From positions 128,989-192,988 of the forward strand of contig JBBFLE010000001.1 in assembly GCA_037481695.1 (NCBI GenBank): DNA of 64,000 nt, in the 5' to 3' direction. The notes beneath the pieces were generated by a model, which saw only the letters and a program-made list of their open reading frames with translations, was not told the origin of the DNA and searched no databases. This stretch comes from a bacterium (GTDB lineage Bacteria; Desulfobacterota; Desulfocorpusculales; Desulfocorpusculum). This document shows, piece after piece, positions 38,543 through 48,656 of the stretch (position 1 is the stretch's first letter; each line of letters starts with the position of its first letter). Made by a program: the position numbers and the translations under genes.

Positions 38543-39190
38543 TTAGGGCTTCTCTGGCCTTTGTTGCTTCACGGATAAGGCTCTTTGCTGCTTCTGGTAG
38601 GAATACAATTCCGAATATGAGACAATCGCTCGGCCCCTATATTGCTCATACTCTTTGATGAATGTTTGAGTGTCATCGTATGGACCGGCAATGTATCCCG
38701 GGCGCTTGGAATCAGCAAAGAAATACTTCTTGCCATCTCGTCTGAAGCTGACAAGCCAGTGCAACCGAAACGTACTGCCATTGATCTGAATGGGATCGAA
38801 CTCAATCATCAGATACTTGGGGTCTGTAGTGGGATCAATTCGTCTGAGGGTCTCAACTGCAAACCGTGACAGGTCAATGCAAGCACCAGCCTTACTCTCG
38901 AAGAACTCGGGTGGACTGAAGACTGGAGGCGTATGATTCTTCGCTTTCTGGGTCTCAGAGAGCTTCATTGCTCGTGTCCTGTCATAAGAGAAGTTGGCAG
39001 CAATCCACCCATTGATATCTTCCGGTGTCTTCCACGTCTGTAAAGCCTTCTCATAAGAGTCAGCCACCTTGAACTGCACAGTTGAATCGCGTGGATACTC
39101 CGGCTCATCCGAGGAAAGTGTTGCAGCATGAGAAGCGCTGGCACCACCAGGTAGAATGCAAAAAACTAAGAACATGATCACCTTGTACAT
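38543..39190 (-). CDS. Secreted hypothetical protein, possibly a transglutaminase-like cysteine peptidase
   Basis: Signal peptide MYKVIMFLVFCILPGGASA; GACIDLSRFAVETLRR...HWLV...FAD (Cys-His-Asp arrangement); lower-GC DNA. Confidence 0.35.
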   Translation of the reverse strand: MYKVIMFLVFCILPGGASASHAATLSSDEPEYPRDSTVQFKVADSYEKALQTWKTPEDINGWIAANFSYDRTRAMKLSETQKAKNHTPPVFSPPEFFESKAGACIDLSRFAVETLRRIDPTTDPKYLMIEFDPIQINGSTFRLHWLVSFRRDGKKYFFADSKRPGYIAGPYDDTQTFIKEYEQYRGRAIVSYSELYSYQKQQRALSVKQQRPEKP

Positions 39191-39450
39191 TTGCTTCCTC
39201 GCCTAAGCCGGAACGGTTCAGCTCAGCGCTGAGGGCGCGTGGGGCGCGACATCATCCGCTGGAGCGGCTGGTTATGTGACGCGGGAGCTTCCGCGCTTGA
39301 ACTGCTTTGTTCTTCAAAGGGTGAGCTGGACACAATGGATGTCGGCGCTCCTGAAACAGGATTGTTATTCCGAAGAATTTGTCCTGACGCCCCGGGGCAA
39401 AGACATCTATCCCGGTACTTGGACTCGTGATCTCTGCTTACCCCCAATAC

Positions 39451-39774
39451 TCATTTTGTGGTTATTCGTTTACTCTTGTCCCATATTGTGCCCATCCATC
39501 CGGATATATATCCGTTGTCTCCACATCTGGGACACGCCCAACGGATTGTATTGTATTCATCCTGCAGAATACGCGATAAAATGATCCCCGGACATTTCTT
39601 GTGTCCTGGCCGACGACGACACGAAACAGGATGACGGGTACCTGTTGTGAATTCAATGATACTCCCGAGGTACCTCGCAAGCCTTTCCGCCGGTCCTGGC
39701 AGGTCAGGGGGGAATGATCCGTCATCAGCAAGAAAATGTCGAATATCAGTGACCCAAGTATCTCCCATGTTCAT
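39451..39774 (-). CDS. Hypothetical protein (possible fragment; CxxC...CPRC Zn-binding-like)
   Basis: ORF only; low-GC flank; no recognised family. Confidence 0.2.
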   Translation of the reverse strand: MNMGDTWVTDIRHFLADDGSFPPDLPGPAERLARYLGSIIEFTTGTRHPVSCRRRPGHKKCPGIILSRILQDEYNTIRWACPRCGDNGYISGWMGTIWDKSKRITTK

Positions 39775-40076
39775 TCCTTCTTAGCCGCATAACGCCGGCG
39801 TTCAGCGAACTCGGGATGGGAGCCGCAAGGCCCGAAGGGGCCCAGGTGCAGCCCCTATCCATCCGATGGCTTTTCTTTCTGCAGCAAACAGCTAGCCCCT
39901 GGGAAGCACTTCGCCTTTGAGCGGCGCGTTTACTCGCGGCTCAAAGTGAAGTTGGGCCTCAGGGCTAGCCATGGGCTCCAAGGAGTGATTGGCCAATATA
40001 TTCAACGCGAAGGCCCGCATTTCTTGCAGCCACAAATCCCTTACTGGGGGATGTTATAAAGAGGTCAGCCCCCCAC

Positions 40077-40406
40077 TCAAGAGCACATGCAACATGGAGA
40101 GCATCCATGGTGCGTAATTTGTTTTTTTTCTAGCAGTCTTATGGAACGTGAGACCACCGAAGGAGTTATCTGTAGAACCGTTGCATCACTGACATCTTTT
40201 AGCAGTTGTTTCTTTACGGATAGATAATCAGAAAGGCTCAGACTATGTTCCCTTAGCCTCCTATTGAGGCCGGAGGTAATTTCGGGCACCAAAACAACAC
40301 AAAAAGCCAACTCGTCAGCATTCTTCAGGAAACTTTCCAGTTCCTTGCTGCCAATCTCTTGCACATACCTTTTGGCAAACGATGATGAATCGACTGCAAG
40401 TTTCAT
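40077..40406 (-). pseudogene. PIN-domain (VapC-like) N-terminal fragment
   Basis: MKLAVDSSSFAKRYVQEIGS...VVLVPEITSGLNRR resembles the first half of a PIN domain; C-terminal half missing; AT-rich surroundings. Confidence 0.3.
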
Positions 40407-40904
40407 GGAGTAATCTCACGCTCCTCTAAGATAACCGAGGACAAATCGCGCCCCGGAATTCGAAGGCGGATTCCTGGCTGCTTCCATGCTGGGAGCCCAA
40501 GGGTTTGTCAGAAAATGGAATTACTTCTGCAACCGGCTTTCCGCGCCTGAGAATAATAATCGTCTCTCCACGCTCTACCTCGGTATTGAATCCGAAGTCC
40601 TCTTACGGAAATCTGTGAATGCAACAGTTTTCATTTTTTGCCTCCCTATATGTACAGCTAAGCGTACATGATGGGCAGCAGCTTGCCAAGGTTCAATTTA
40701 TGGCCAAAGTGCTCTTTAGCGGGCGCAGCTTTTTGCACTGCGCTGCATGAGATTGTGGGCTCCTTAGTAGGCAGGTAATGGGCCTTTTATTACCCTGTCC
40801 CCCCTCTGAAGGGGTTGGTACTTTCTTGACAAAGACCCCCTTTTGCCAGCTGGGGGGAGGGATGATGACGCATCTCTTTCCAATGACACCAAGGCCTTGG
40901 AGTT

Positions 40905-42536
40905 TTAGAAGATGCTTGGCTCCTGCCACTCGCCGAACACTTCCCTGAAAACTCCTGTCATCTCGCCCACCGTGGCGTAGGCCTTGCAGCATTCCACCAA
41001 GACTGGCATCACATTTTGGCCGGCCCGGGCCGTAGATTCCAGTTCCTTGAGAAGCCGGGTGACCTCCCTGTTGTGTCTCTCCCTTCTTACTTGTTGGAGG
41101 GCTGCTATCTGTTTCTCGGCCCAGCTCTCGTCATACTCGTGGAGCTCCACTTCCTGTAGGGTGTCCCCCTCCGTGTACTTGTTCACCCCCACCTTGACTA
41201 TCTCTCCTGACTGGATCCCCTTCTCGAACTCATATGCCTGCCTGGCCACCTCCCTTTGGATGTAACCTGTGGCCACTGCCTGGACCATTCCTCCCAGCTC
41301 GTCCACCCGCTTCATCTCTTGGAGGATCTTCTCCTCCATCTGTTTGGTGAGGCTCTCTATGAAATAGGATCCGGCCAGGGGATCCACTGTGTCGCGAAGC
41401 CCCACCTCTTCCATGATAATCTCCAATGTTCTCAAGGAAAGCAGGGCTGCTCTTGCCGTGGGTATGGTGTAGGCCTCGTCATAGGAACAAAGCGCCGTGG
41501 TCTGGGCACCTGAGAGGGCAGCTGCCAGGCCGTAGAATGCCCCTCTAATGATATTGTTCTCGGGCTGCTCCTTGGTCAGACCGGAGCCCCCTCCCCCGAA
41601 GAGACCCCTGAGGAACAGGTTCTTTTTCTCCTTGACATCCCAGCGCTCCCTGAGATTTCTGGCCCAGAGCTTTCTTGCTGCCCTGAACTTGGCCACCTGC
41701 TCCCACAGGTTTCCAAACACGTTAAGATTAAAGGAAAAACGCCCCACGAAATCGTCGGGCCTCAGTCCCCGGTTCACTAGCTCCTGGATGTAGGCATTGG
41801 CAATCTGAAAGGCATAGGCTATTTCCTGCACCGGGGTGGCCCCAGACTCCCTGATGTGATAGCCGCATATGCTTACCGGGTTGCACTGGGGAAGCTCCTT
41901 GGCCGCGTAAGCAATGCAATCCCCCACAAGTCTCACAGCAGGCTCCACAGGAAAGATCCAGGCTCCTCTGCCGATCATTTCCTTGAGTATGTCATTTTGG
42001 GGTGTGGCGCTTATGCGCTCCTTGGCAAAGCCGAACTTCTCCGCCACGGCCTGATACATGGCCAGCATCACCGTGGCTATGGCATTTATGGTAAGGCCCG
42101 TGCCTATGCGGTCCAATTGAATGCCCTGGAAGGCAATCTCGAAATCCCTCAAAGAGTCCACTGCCATTCCCACCCGACCCACTTCGCCCTCTGCCCTTGG
42201 GTCATCGGAATCCAAGCCCATTTGGGTGGGCAGGTCAAAGGCCACGTTCAGGCCTGTCTGCCCTTGTGATATCATCCACTTGAACCTCTGGTTGGTCTCC
42301 TCGGGAGTTCCGAATCCCGTGTACTGGCGTGTGGTCCAAGCACGGCTCCTGTATCCAAGGGGATGTATGCCCCTGGTGAAGGGATACTCGCCAGGATCTC
42401 CCAGGTCCTTCTCGTAATCAAAGCCCACCTCTTCCAGATCTTTAGGACCGTAAACGGGCTTCACCTTTATGCCCGACTGGTAGATCACCTCCTGGATAGC
42501 GTCTTTCGGGTCTCTTATGTATCTTGCCACTCCCAT
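40905..42536 (-). CDS. Acyl-CoA (methylmalonyl-CoA-type) mutase, large substrate-binding subunit without B12 domain
   Basis: 543 aa; ...TRQYTGFGTPEETNQRFKWMISQGQTGLNVAFDLPTQMGLDSD typical of MCM/ICM TIM-barrel domain. Confidence 0.85.
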   Translation of the reverse strand: MGVARYIRDPKDAIQEVIYQSGIKVKPVYGPKDLEEVGFDYEKDLGDPGEYPFTRGIHPLGYRSRAWTTRQYTGFGTPEETNQRFKWMISQGQTGLNVAFDLPTQMGLDSDDPRAEGEVGRVGMAVDSLRDFEIAFQGIQLDRIGTGLTINAIATVMLAMYQAVAEKFGFAKERISATPQNDILKEMIGRGAWIFPVEPAVRLVGDCIAYAAKELPQCNPVSICGYHIRESGATPVQEIAYAFQIANAYIQELVNRGLRPDDFVGRFSFNLNVFGNLWEQVAKFRAARKLWARNLRERWDVKEKKNLFLRGLFGGGGSGLTKEQPENNIIRGAFYGLAAALSGAQTTALCSYDEAYTIPTARAALLSLRTLEIIMEEVGLRDTVDPLAGSYFIESLTKQMEEKILQEMKRVDELGGMVQAVATGYIQREVARQAYEFEKGIQSGEIVKVGVNKYTEGDTLQEVELHEYDESWAEKQIAALQQVRRERHNREVTRLLKELESTARAGQNVMPVLVECCKAYATVGEMTGVFREVFGEWQEPSIF

Positions 42537-42537
42537 C

Positions 42538-42960
42538 TCACGCCTCCCTTCTGGCAGCCACCAGCCTGTTGATCCCTTCGACTATCTCCCTGAAGGGCGT
42601 TCCCCCGGGAAATACACCCTTGACGCCCATCTGGGTCAAGACCGGGATGTCCTTCTTGGGAATCACCCCTCCCACCACCACATCCACATCCTCAAGCCCC
42701 TCTTGTCTTAGCCTCTCCATGAGCTTGCGGCAAATGGGCACATGGGCCCCAGACATTATGGAAAGCCCTATGACATCTACGGACTCCTGCATCGCAGCCC
42801 TCATGATCTGCTCAATGCTTTGGTGAAGTCCTGTGTACACCACTTCCATACCTGCATCCCTGAGAGCCAGTGCCACCACCTTGGCCCCCCGGTCGTGGCC
42901 GTCAAGTCCAGGTTTGGCTATGAGCACCTTTGTCTTTCTCTCCATCACCAGCCTCCCCAC
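42538..42960 (-). CDS. Cobalamin-binding subunit of the split acyl-CoA mutase
   Basis: KVLIAKPGLDGHDRGAKVVALALRDAGMEV (DxHxxG B12-binding motif). Confidence 0.85.
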   Translation of the reverse strand: MGRLVMERKTKVLIAKPGLDGHDRGAKVVALALRDAGMEVVYTGLHQSIEQIMRAAMQESVDVIGLSIMSGAHVPICRKLMERLRQEGLEDVDVVVGGVIPKKDIPVLTQMGVKGVFPGGTPFREIVEGINRLVAARREA

Positions 42961-43078
42961 CCAGGCCTCCCTCTTGGCTCCAGGGACCAGCGCCCAAGGC
43001 GCCCGGCCCTGCTAAGGCCGCGGATTCCTCCCAAAGATTCTGGGTTTAGTCGAGCAAGCCTGGCTGAATCCTTACCTT

Positions 43079-43780
43079 TCAAACAGATATTGCTCCACGC
43101 CTCATCTCCTTGAGCACCACACCCATACCCCTGAGAATATGTTGCCTTACGATCCTCTCCACGGCTTTTTCGTCACCCTTGGCCATGGCTCTCATCATGC
43201 GCTCATGATCCCTCAGGGAAGTGCGGGGCATGGAGCCACGGGACAGAATGACCCTCCTGAAGCGATAAAAATGATCCCTCAGTTCCTGAATCATCTTGTA
43301 AAGCCGCTGGCTCCCGCTTGCCCTGTATAGCCTGTCGTGAAACTCGGTGTTGAGGGAGATGATCTCCTCTACCTGCCCTTTTTCCATTGCCACACGAGAC
43401 TTCTGGATGATTCCCTCCAGTTGGGCCATCAGTTCCTCGTCTTTGCGTCTTGTGGCCAAAACAGCAGCATAGCTCTCCAGGACGCTCCTTATGCCGAAAA
43501 TCTCCTCTATATCTTGGGCCGCGATGCGCCTGACCTCATAGCCACCGTACCTTAGTTTCTCCAGAAGCTCCTCCTGCCTGAGCTTCTGGAGAGCCTCCCT
43601 CACAGGGGTGCGGCTGGCCCCCAGCACAGAGGCCAGTCTCTCCTCCACGAACCTTTCTCCAGCAGGTATCTCCCCCCTGAGGATGCCCCTTCTCAAGGTG
43701 TCGTAAATGGAGTGGCTGAGGCCCCTTTTGCCCTTACGTCTTGAGCTCCTGGCTCTTTGAGCACCTCCCAGGTCATCCAA
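43079..43780 (-). CDS. GntR-family (FadR/FCD subfamily) transcriptional regulator
   Basis: HTH ...IYDTLRRGILRGEIPAGERFVEERLASVLGASRTPVREAL plus FCD C-terminal domain; start uncertain (ORF extends to 43897 but overlaps fixX; TTG 43780 proposed). Confidence 0.6.
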   Translation of the reverse strand: MDDLGGAQRARSSRRKGKRGLSHSIYDTLRRGILRGEIPAGERFVEERLASVLGASRTPVREALQKLRQEELLEKLRYGGYEVRRIAAQDIEEIFGIRSVLESYAAVLATRRKDEELMAQLEGIIQKSRVAMEKGQVEEIISLNTEFHDRLYRASGSQRLYKMIQELRDHFYRFRRVILSRGSMPRTSLRDHERMMRAMAKGDEKAVERIVRQHILRGMGVVLKEMRRGAISV

Positions 43781-44051
43781 ACCTGTACTGGACACCGCGC
43801 CCTCCTTTGGGATAGCTCCAGGAGATGGCTCCCGGCCGGCAGGCCACGAGGCAGGTCCCGCACTCCAGGCAGCCCGCATACTCCACCCGGATTTCATCCT
43901 GCCCGGGCTCGTAACTGTATAGCTCTGCAGGGCAAACCCTCAGACAATATCTGACCTTGCAAACCGACCTGCAAATACGGTTGTCCACAAGGATATGACT
44001 CTTTTCATCCACCTTGAACACATCAAGGGCGAGTTTCTCTTCTGTTTTCAT
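43773..44051 (-). CDS. fixX: FixX-type ferredoxin-like protein
   Basis: 92 aa; CLECGTCLVAC cluster motif; immediately follows fixC. Confidence 0.75.
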   Translation of the reverse strand: MKTEEKLALDVFKVDEKSHILVDNRICRSVCKVRYCLRVCPAELYSYEPGQDEIRVEYAGCLECGTCLVACRPGAISWSYPKGGRGVQYRFG

Positions 44052-44060
44052 GGCGACCTT

Positions 44061-45344
44061 TCAGATTTTTCTCATGTCCCACAGATCCTTGAGCCAGCCT
44101 GAAATGCCAGGGCCATGACTCATGGATCTTTTGATTGTCTTGAGATAGCCTTCCTTCTGCCCAGGACCCACTGCAAAGAGCCCCCCCAGAGCCTCGCAGA
44201 TGAGTTCGGGATACTTAGTATAAAGCCTCTTTTTGGAAAGAAGACTCTCCACTGGGGCGAATCTCTCTAGGTCCTTCATGACAAAACTATTTTTCAGCAT
44301 CTCCAGGTACGAGCCCAGGCAGGAAGCGCTGAAGTCTTTTCGCTGCCAGGCCTGGATCACTGCCTGGGAGGCAAAGTATCCCGAGGCCATGGCCATGTCC
44401 ATGCCCCTGACCGTGAGCCCCATGTTCAGGGAAAAACCAGCTGCATCTCCCACTATCAGATAACCGTCACCCACAAGATCCCTGGGAGGCAGCCTCCTGG
44501 CCTCAGGTATCATGTGGGCCCCGTATTCCACAAGCCTGCCTCCTTCCAGAAGACAGGCTATCTCTTCCCTTGCCTTGAAACTCTCCAGAAGCTCGTGGGG
44601 ACGCACCTCGGTCTGCATCAGGTCCTCCAATCGCAGGACCAGCCCCAGAGAGACGCTGTCAATGTTGGTGTAAAGAAACCCGCCTCCTGCCACACCAGAG
44701 GTGAGCCATCCCACAAAGAGATGTGCCACACCCTGCCCCTCTCCCACCCCAAATCTGGCCTGAATTGCCTCCACCGGAAGCTGGATCACCTCTTTCAGTG
44801 CTGTGGCCGCCTCCTTGGGCAGCGGAGGGGAGTGCATTCCCACCTCCTTGGAAAGCAGCCCCAACACCCCTTCTGCCAGGATCACCACCTTGGCCCGAAT
44901 CTCTTCCCCATCAGAGCGGATTCCCACCACCCGGCCCCCTTCCTTGAGAAGAGAGTCCACTTTCTTCTGCGGCACCACAAAGCCCCCGGCCTGAGCCACC
45001 CTTTCTGAAAGATGAGAGTCCAGGCGGGCCCTAAGAACAGTCTTGCTTTCATATTGGGGCTGCCCCAGTACATCGTGCCTTAGGCTCAAGGTGGAGGATC
45101 CCTGCCTGCCCATTACCGAGATCTTCTCCACCACAACCTTTCTTTCCAGGCAAAGACCCTCCAGTAGCTCGTCCACAAGCCCCCTGAGTGGGCCCAGATA
45201 GAGCCTTCCTCCGCTTAGGTTCTTGCTGCCGGCCACATCTCCCCTCTCCAGCACAAGCACCCCCAGGCCGGCCTTGGAAGCATAATAGGCGGCTGTGAGG
45301 CCAGAAAGACCGGCGCCCACCACCACCAGATCCAGCTCTTCCAT
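44061..45344 (-). CDS. fixC: FixC-type FAD-dependent ETF:quinone oxidoreductase
   Basis: LDLVVVGAGLSGLTAAYYASKAGLGVLVLERG dinucleotide fold; start at MEELDL with GGGGGAGAA RBS. Confidence 0.8.
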   Translation of the reverse strand: MEELDLVVVGAGLSGLTAAYYASKAGLGVLVLERGDVAGSKNLSGGRLYLGPLRGLVDELLEGLCLERKVVVEKISVMGRQGSSTLSLRHDVLGQPQYESKTVLRARLDSHLSERVAQAGGFVVPQKKVDSLLKEGGRVVGIRSDGEEIRAKVVILAEGVLGLLSKEVGMHSPPLPKEAATALKEVIQLPVEAIQARFGVGEGQGVAHLFVGWLTSGVAGGGFLYTNIDSVSLGLVLRLEDLMQTEVRPHELLESFKAREEIACLLEGGRLVEYGAHMIPEARRLPPRDLVGDGYLIVGDAAGFSLNMGLTVRGMDMAMASGYFASQAVIQAWQRKDFSASCLGSYLEMLKNSFVMKDLERFAPVESLLSKKRLYTKYPELICEALGGLFAVGPGQKEGYLKTIKRSMSHGPGISGWLKDLWDMRKI

Positions 45345-45537
45345 GGAATTCTCCCCCAAAAGGCTCTCTGTGCTCTCCTCACAAAAGGCATGCAATTGGA
45401 GCCAGATTCAAAAATGGCCCATACTTCACCAAAAAAACCCTCAACCAGCACCAGCCAAGAGATGAGCTCAGTTCTATCCCTGTCTTTTGCCTTTGCCCAT
45501 GGCCCGGCCAGTTTCCCCCACAAGGCCCTTGAGAGGA

Positions 45538-46512
45538 TCATGCCTCCTTCTTGAGCTCACTTATCAAGGCAGGGAGCAGCTCATGTAAATCCTCCACCAC
45601 TGCGTAATCAGCGTGCTGAAAGATCAAAGCATTGGGATCCCTGTTGACCGCCACCACCACCCTGGAGCTGTCCATGCCCATGATGTGGTGAATGGCACCC
45701 GAGATCCCGAAAGCCATGTACAGGTCCGGGGAGACCGTCTTGCCGCTCTTGCCCACCTGCTGAGAAGCAGGTCTCCAGCCGCTGTCCACCACGGAGCGGC
45801 TGGCCCCCACCGCTCCACCCAAGAGCTGTGCCAGCTCCTCCAGCATTGCAAAACTCTCGGGACCTCCCATGCCCCTTCCCCCTGCCACCACCACGGCAGC
45901 CTCCGTAAGTTCGGGGCCCGAATCGGATTCCTGAACAGCCCCCAGGAGTTCCACAGGCCCTGTGAGCTCCTCAACACTTATTCTTTCTATCTTGGCGCAT
46001 CGGTTGGCCTCCCTCCTGGAAAAGGCCCTGGGCCTCACTGCCAGCAGGTACGGAGGCGGCCCGCTGGACTCCAGTTCCACCAGGAATCTACCACCGTGGA
46101 TGGGTCTTCTGACCAGGAGCCTCCCCCCTTCCTGGAGCTCTAGGCCCGTGACCTCGGAGACCATGCTCACCGAGAGACTCACTGCAAGGCCAGGCATCCA
46201 TTGCATGCTTCTGAAGGTGCAAGGAGCCATCAAGACAAATGGCGACCACTCCCGGCAAAGCCTCTCCAGGGCCTGGATGTAGGGCAAGGCCTCAGGCTGG
46301 GCAGCCCCTTGTGTTTCCAAGACCATGATCACGTCCGGGCTCCCCTGGATCCTTTGGGCCGCCTCAGCAGCCTTGGAGCCTGCCACCAGGGCCACCAGGG
46401 GCCTTGCGCTCTTGTCAGCCAGATCCCTGGCCTTGCCCAACAACTCGTGGACAACAACCCGCTCCACGCCCTCCCAGTGCTCAACCCAAACCCATATGCT
46501 GTCTTTCTCCAT
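45538..46512 (-). CDS. fixB: Electron transfer flavoprotein alpha subunit (FixB/EtfA)
   Basis: C-terminal FAD-binding ...DLYMAFGISGAIHHIMGM... ETF-alpha signature. Confidence 0.85.
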   Translation of the reverse strand: MEKDSIWVWVEHWEGVERVVVHELLGKARDLADKSARPLVALVAGSKAAEAAQRIQGSPDVIMVLETQGAAQPEALPYIQALERLCREWSPFVLMAPCTFRSMQWMPGLAVSLSVSMVSEVTGLELQEGGRLLVRRPIHGGRFLVELESSGPPPYLLAVRPRAFSRREANRCAKIERISVEELTGPVELLGAVQESDSGPELTEAAVVVAGGRGMGGPESFAMLEELAQLLGGAVGASRSVVDSGWRPASQQVGKSGKTVSPDLYMAFGISGAIHHIMGMDSSRVVVAVNRDPNALIFQHADYAVVEDLHELLPALISELKKEA

Positions 46513-46537
46513 GGGATCCTCTCGGTCTCTTTACTGC

Positions 46538-47311
46538 TCAGAGAACCTTGGCCTCCTCTTTTAGAAGCCTTATGAGCTCTTTGGCCTTGGAACTTGCGTC
46601 TTGGCCCTGTACCAGGCGCACCGGAGGTCTGCCTGCAGGCTGTGCAAACCCTCGCAGAACCCATCTGGAGCGCGGGATGCCATCTTCAGCCGGGCTCACC
46701 TTCTCAGGCTGCAGACGCATGCCCTTCATGACCCCCTGGATGGTGGGTACCCTGGGCTCGGCCAGACCCTTTTGGGCCGATACCAAAGCAGGCAGATTGC
46801 AACGCACCTTGTCCCTGGCTCCCCCCAGGTCCCTTATCACCTCAATGGCCTGACCGTCTTGTTGGATTTCCAATGAGAGAGCAGGACCCAAATATGGAAT
46901 GCCCAAGAAACCCGCCACCATGGGGCCCACCTGAGCTGCCTCATCGTCTGTTGCCTTTCTTCCGCACAGGATCAGATCAAATTGTTCCTTGCGAAGAGCC
47001 TGGGCCAGCAACCAGGAGACCTCCATGGCATCCCTCCAGGACAGCTCGGGTCCCTCCAGATGCAAAGCCCTTTCAGCTCCCATGGCCACAGCCTTCCTCA
47101 GGCCCTCCAGGGCAGGCTTGCCTCCGTAGCTAAGGGCCGTGACCGTGGCTGAGTTCATCTTTTCCTTGATTCTCAAGGCCTGCTCCACTGCTATGGCATC
47201 AAAGAAATTTAACTCCCACTTCTCTTCCATGCGAAGCCCCGAGCCGCCTTCCAAGAGCTCTATACGAGCTTCGGCATCCGGAACTGTTTTCACCAGAACA
47301 AATACTCTCAT
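46538..47311 (-). CDS. fixA: Electron transfer flavoprotein beta subunit (FixA/EtfB)
   Basis: MRVFVLVKTVPD... ETF-beta N-terminus; 257 aa. Confidence 0.85.
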   Translation of the reverse strand: MRVFVLVKTVPDAEARIELLEGGSGLRMEEKWELNFFDAIAVEQALRIKEKMNSATVTALSYGGKPALEGLRKAVAMGAERALHLEGPELSWRDAMEVSWLLAQALRKEQFDLILCGRKATDDEAAQVGPMVAGFLGIPYLGPALSLEIQQDGQAIEVIRDLGGARDKVRCNLPALVSAQKGLAEPRVPTIQGVMKGMRLQPEKVSPAEDGIPRSRWVLRGFAQPAGRPPVRLVQGQDASSKAKELIRLLKEEAKVL

Positions 47312-47431
47312 CAGCCCTCTCCGCTACCTCTGGTTTGATTCAGCATCACCCCATGGCTCATTTGCTTTGCCTCTATGTTTCTTCTCTTGCGGCCAGCCCT
47401 TGAAACAGCCCTGGCCTCAGTGAGCGGCTCT

Positions 47432-48580
47432 TCAGAGCTTCCCCAGGATCTGCCTGCCCAGGAAGTCTTTTAAGATCTCGTGGGTACCCCCTCCGTAGAG
47501 CAAGAACCTCGCATCCCTGAAATGCCGCTGGGGAGCATACTCCTGGGCAAAACCGTTGGCTCCGTAGATCCGGGTCACCTCGTCCACCACCTTAAGGCAA
47601 ACCTCTGTGGCGAACATCTTGGCCATGGCCGCTTCGTTTCTGCTGTCCAGGGCTTGATCCATCCTCCATGCAGCATAATGCACCATGAGCCTAGCTGCCT
47701 GGATCTCTGTGGCCATCTCCGCTATCTTGGCTCGTATGAGCTGGTAGGTGCCGATGGGATTACCGAAAGCCACGCGCTTGCGGGCGTACTGAAGCCCCTC
47801 ATGGAAGGCTGCTCTGGATATTCCCAGAGCCATGGCACCGGTCATGGCGCGCACCTCGTTTAGGATCTCCCCCAGATAGACCATGCCCTTTCCCAACTCA
47901 TGTCCCAAGAAATTCTCCCCGGGTATGCGCACCCCGTCGAAGACCAGCTCTCCTGTGATGGTACCCCTGCAACCCAGCTTGTGGATCACCTGGCCTGGAG
48001 AGAAGCCTGGGCTGCCCTTTTCCACCAAGAAGAAGTTCAGCCCTTTCATGCCAGCCCCTGGCTCTGTGGTGGCCAGCACCGTGGCGAAGTCGCATATGGG
48101 CCCGTTGGTTATCCACATCTTGGTGCCCTGAATGACCCAGCCATCGCCTTCTCTGAAGGCCGTGGTGCGTGTAGCAGCCAGATCCGAACCAGACTGATCC
48201 TCGGTGAAACAGATGGTGGCTATCTTCTCACCTCTGATGGCAGGCAAAAGGCAACGCTCCTTTATGCTGGGGCTTCCGAACTTGTAAAGGAAATGGGTTC
48301 CCATGAGCGCGTTCATGATCACCGACTGGGCAAAGCCCACCGAGCCTCTGGTAAGCTCTTCGTAGAATATCATGCAGCTTACCTTGTCTGCGTTCATTCC
48401 CCCCAGCTCCTCTGGGTACCTCAAACCCAGGTATCCAAGCCCGGCGAACTCCTTCCAAAGCTGCCATGGAAACTGGTCTTTCTCGTCTATCTCCTGTGCT
48501 GCTGGAACCACCATCTTGTCCACGGCCTCGGCCACGGCCTTCTGGAAGAACTCCTGCTCTTCGGTGAGTCGGAAGTCCAT
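47432..48580 (-). CDS. Acyl-CoA dehydrogenase
   Basis: ACAD N-terminal, middle and C-terminal domains; start at MDFRLTEEQ after AAGGAGG. Confidence 0.85.
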   Translation of the reverse strand: MDFRLTEEQEFFQKAVAEAVDKMVVPAAQEIDEKDQFPWQLWKEFAGLGYLGLRYPEELGGMNADKVSCMIFYEELTRGSVGFAQSVIMNALMGTHFLYKFGSPSIKERCLLPAIRGEKIATICFTEDQSGSDLAATRTTAFREGDGWVIQGTKMWITNGPICDFATVLATTEPGAGMKGLNFFLVEKGSPGFSPGQVIHKLGCRGTITGELVFDGVRIPGENFLGHELGKGMVYLGEILNEVRAMTGAMALGISRAAFHEGLQYARKRVAFGNPIGTYQLIRAKIAEMATEIQAARLMVHYAAWRMDQALDSRNEAAMAKMFATEVCLKVVDEVTRIYGANGFAQEYAPQRHFRDARFLLYGGGTHEILKDFLGRQILGKL

Positions 48581-48656
48581 TGCTCCTCCTTGACTGTTCA
48601 TGGCGCCCAATCATCCATGCAGCCTCCTTGAGACTGCCTGGCATTGAGCTCCTTTC

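Noticed and set aside
39200-40900. Searched the low-GC flank for a tRNA/tmRNA integration target or an integrase gene
   Set aside because: No T-arm (GGTTCGAATCC-like), cloverleaf or acceptor-stem pattern was recognisable by eye, and there is no integrase ORF. Absence is not proven without tRNAscan.
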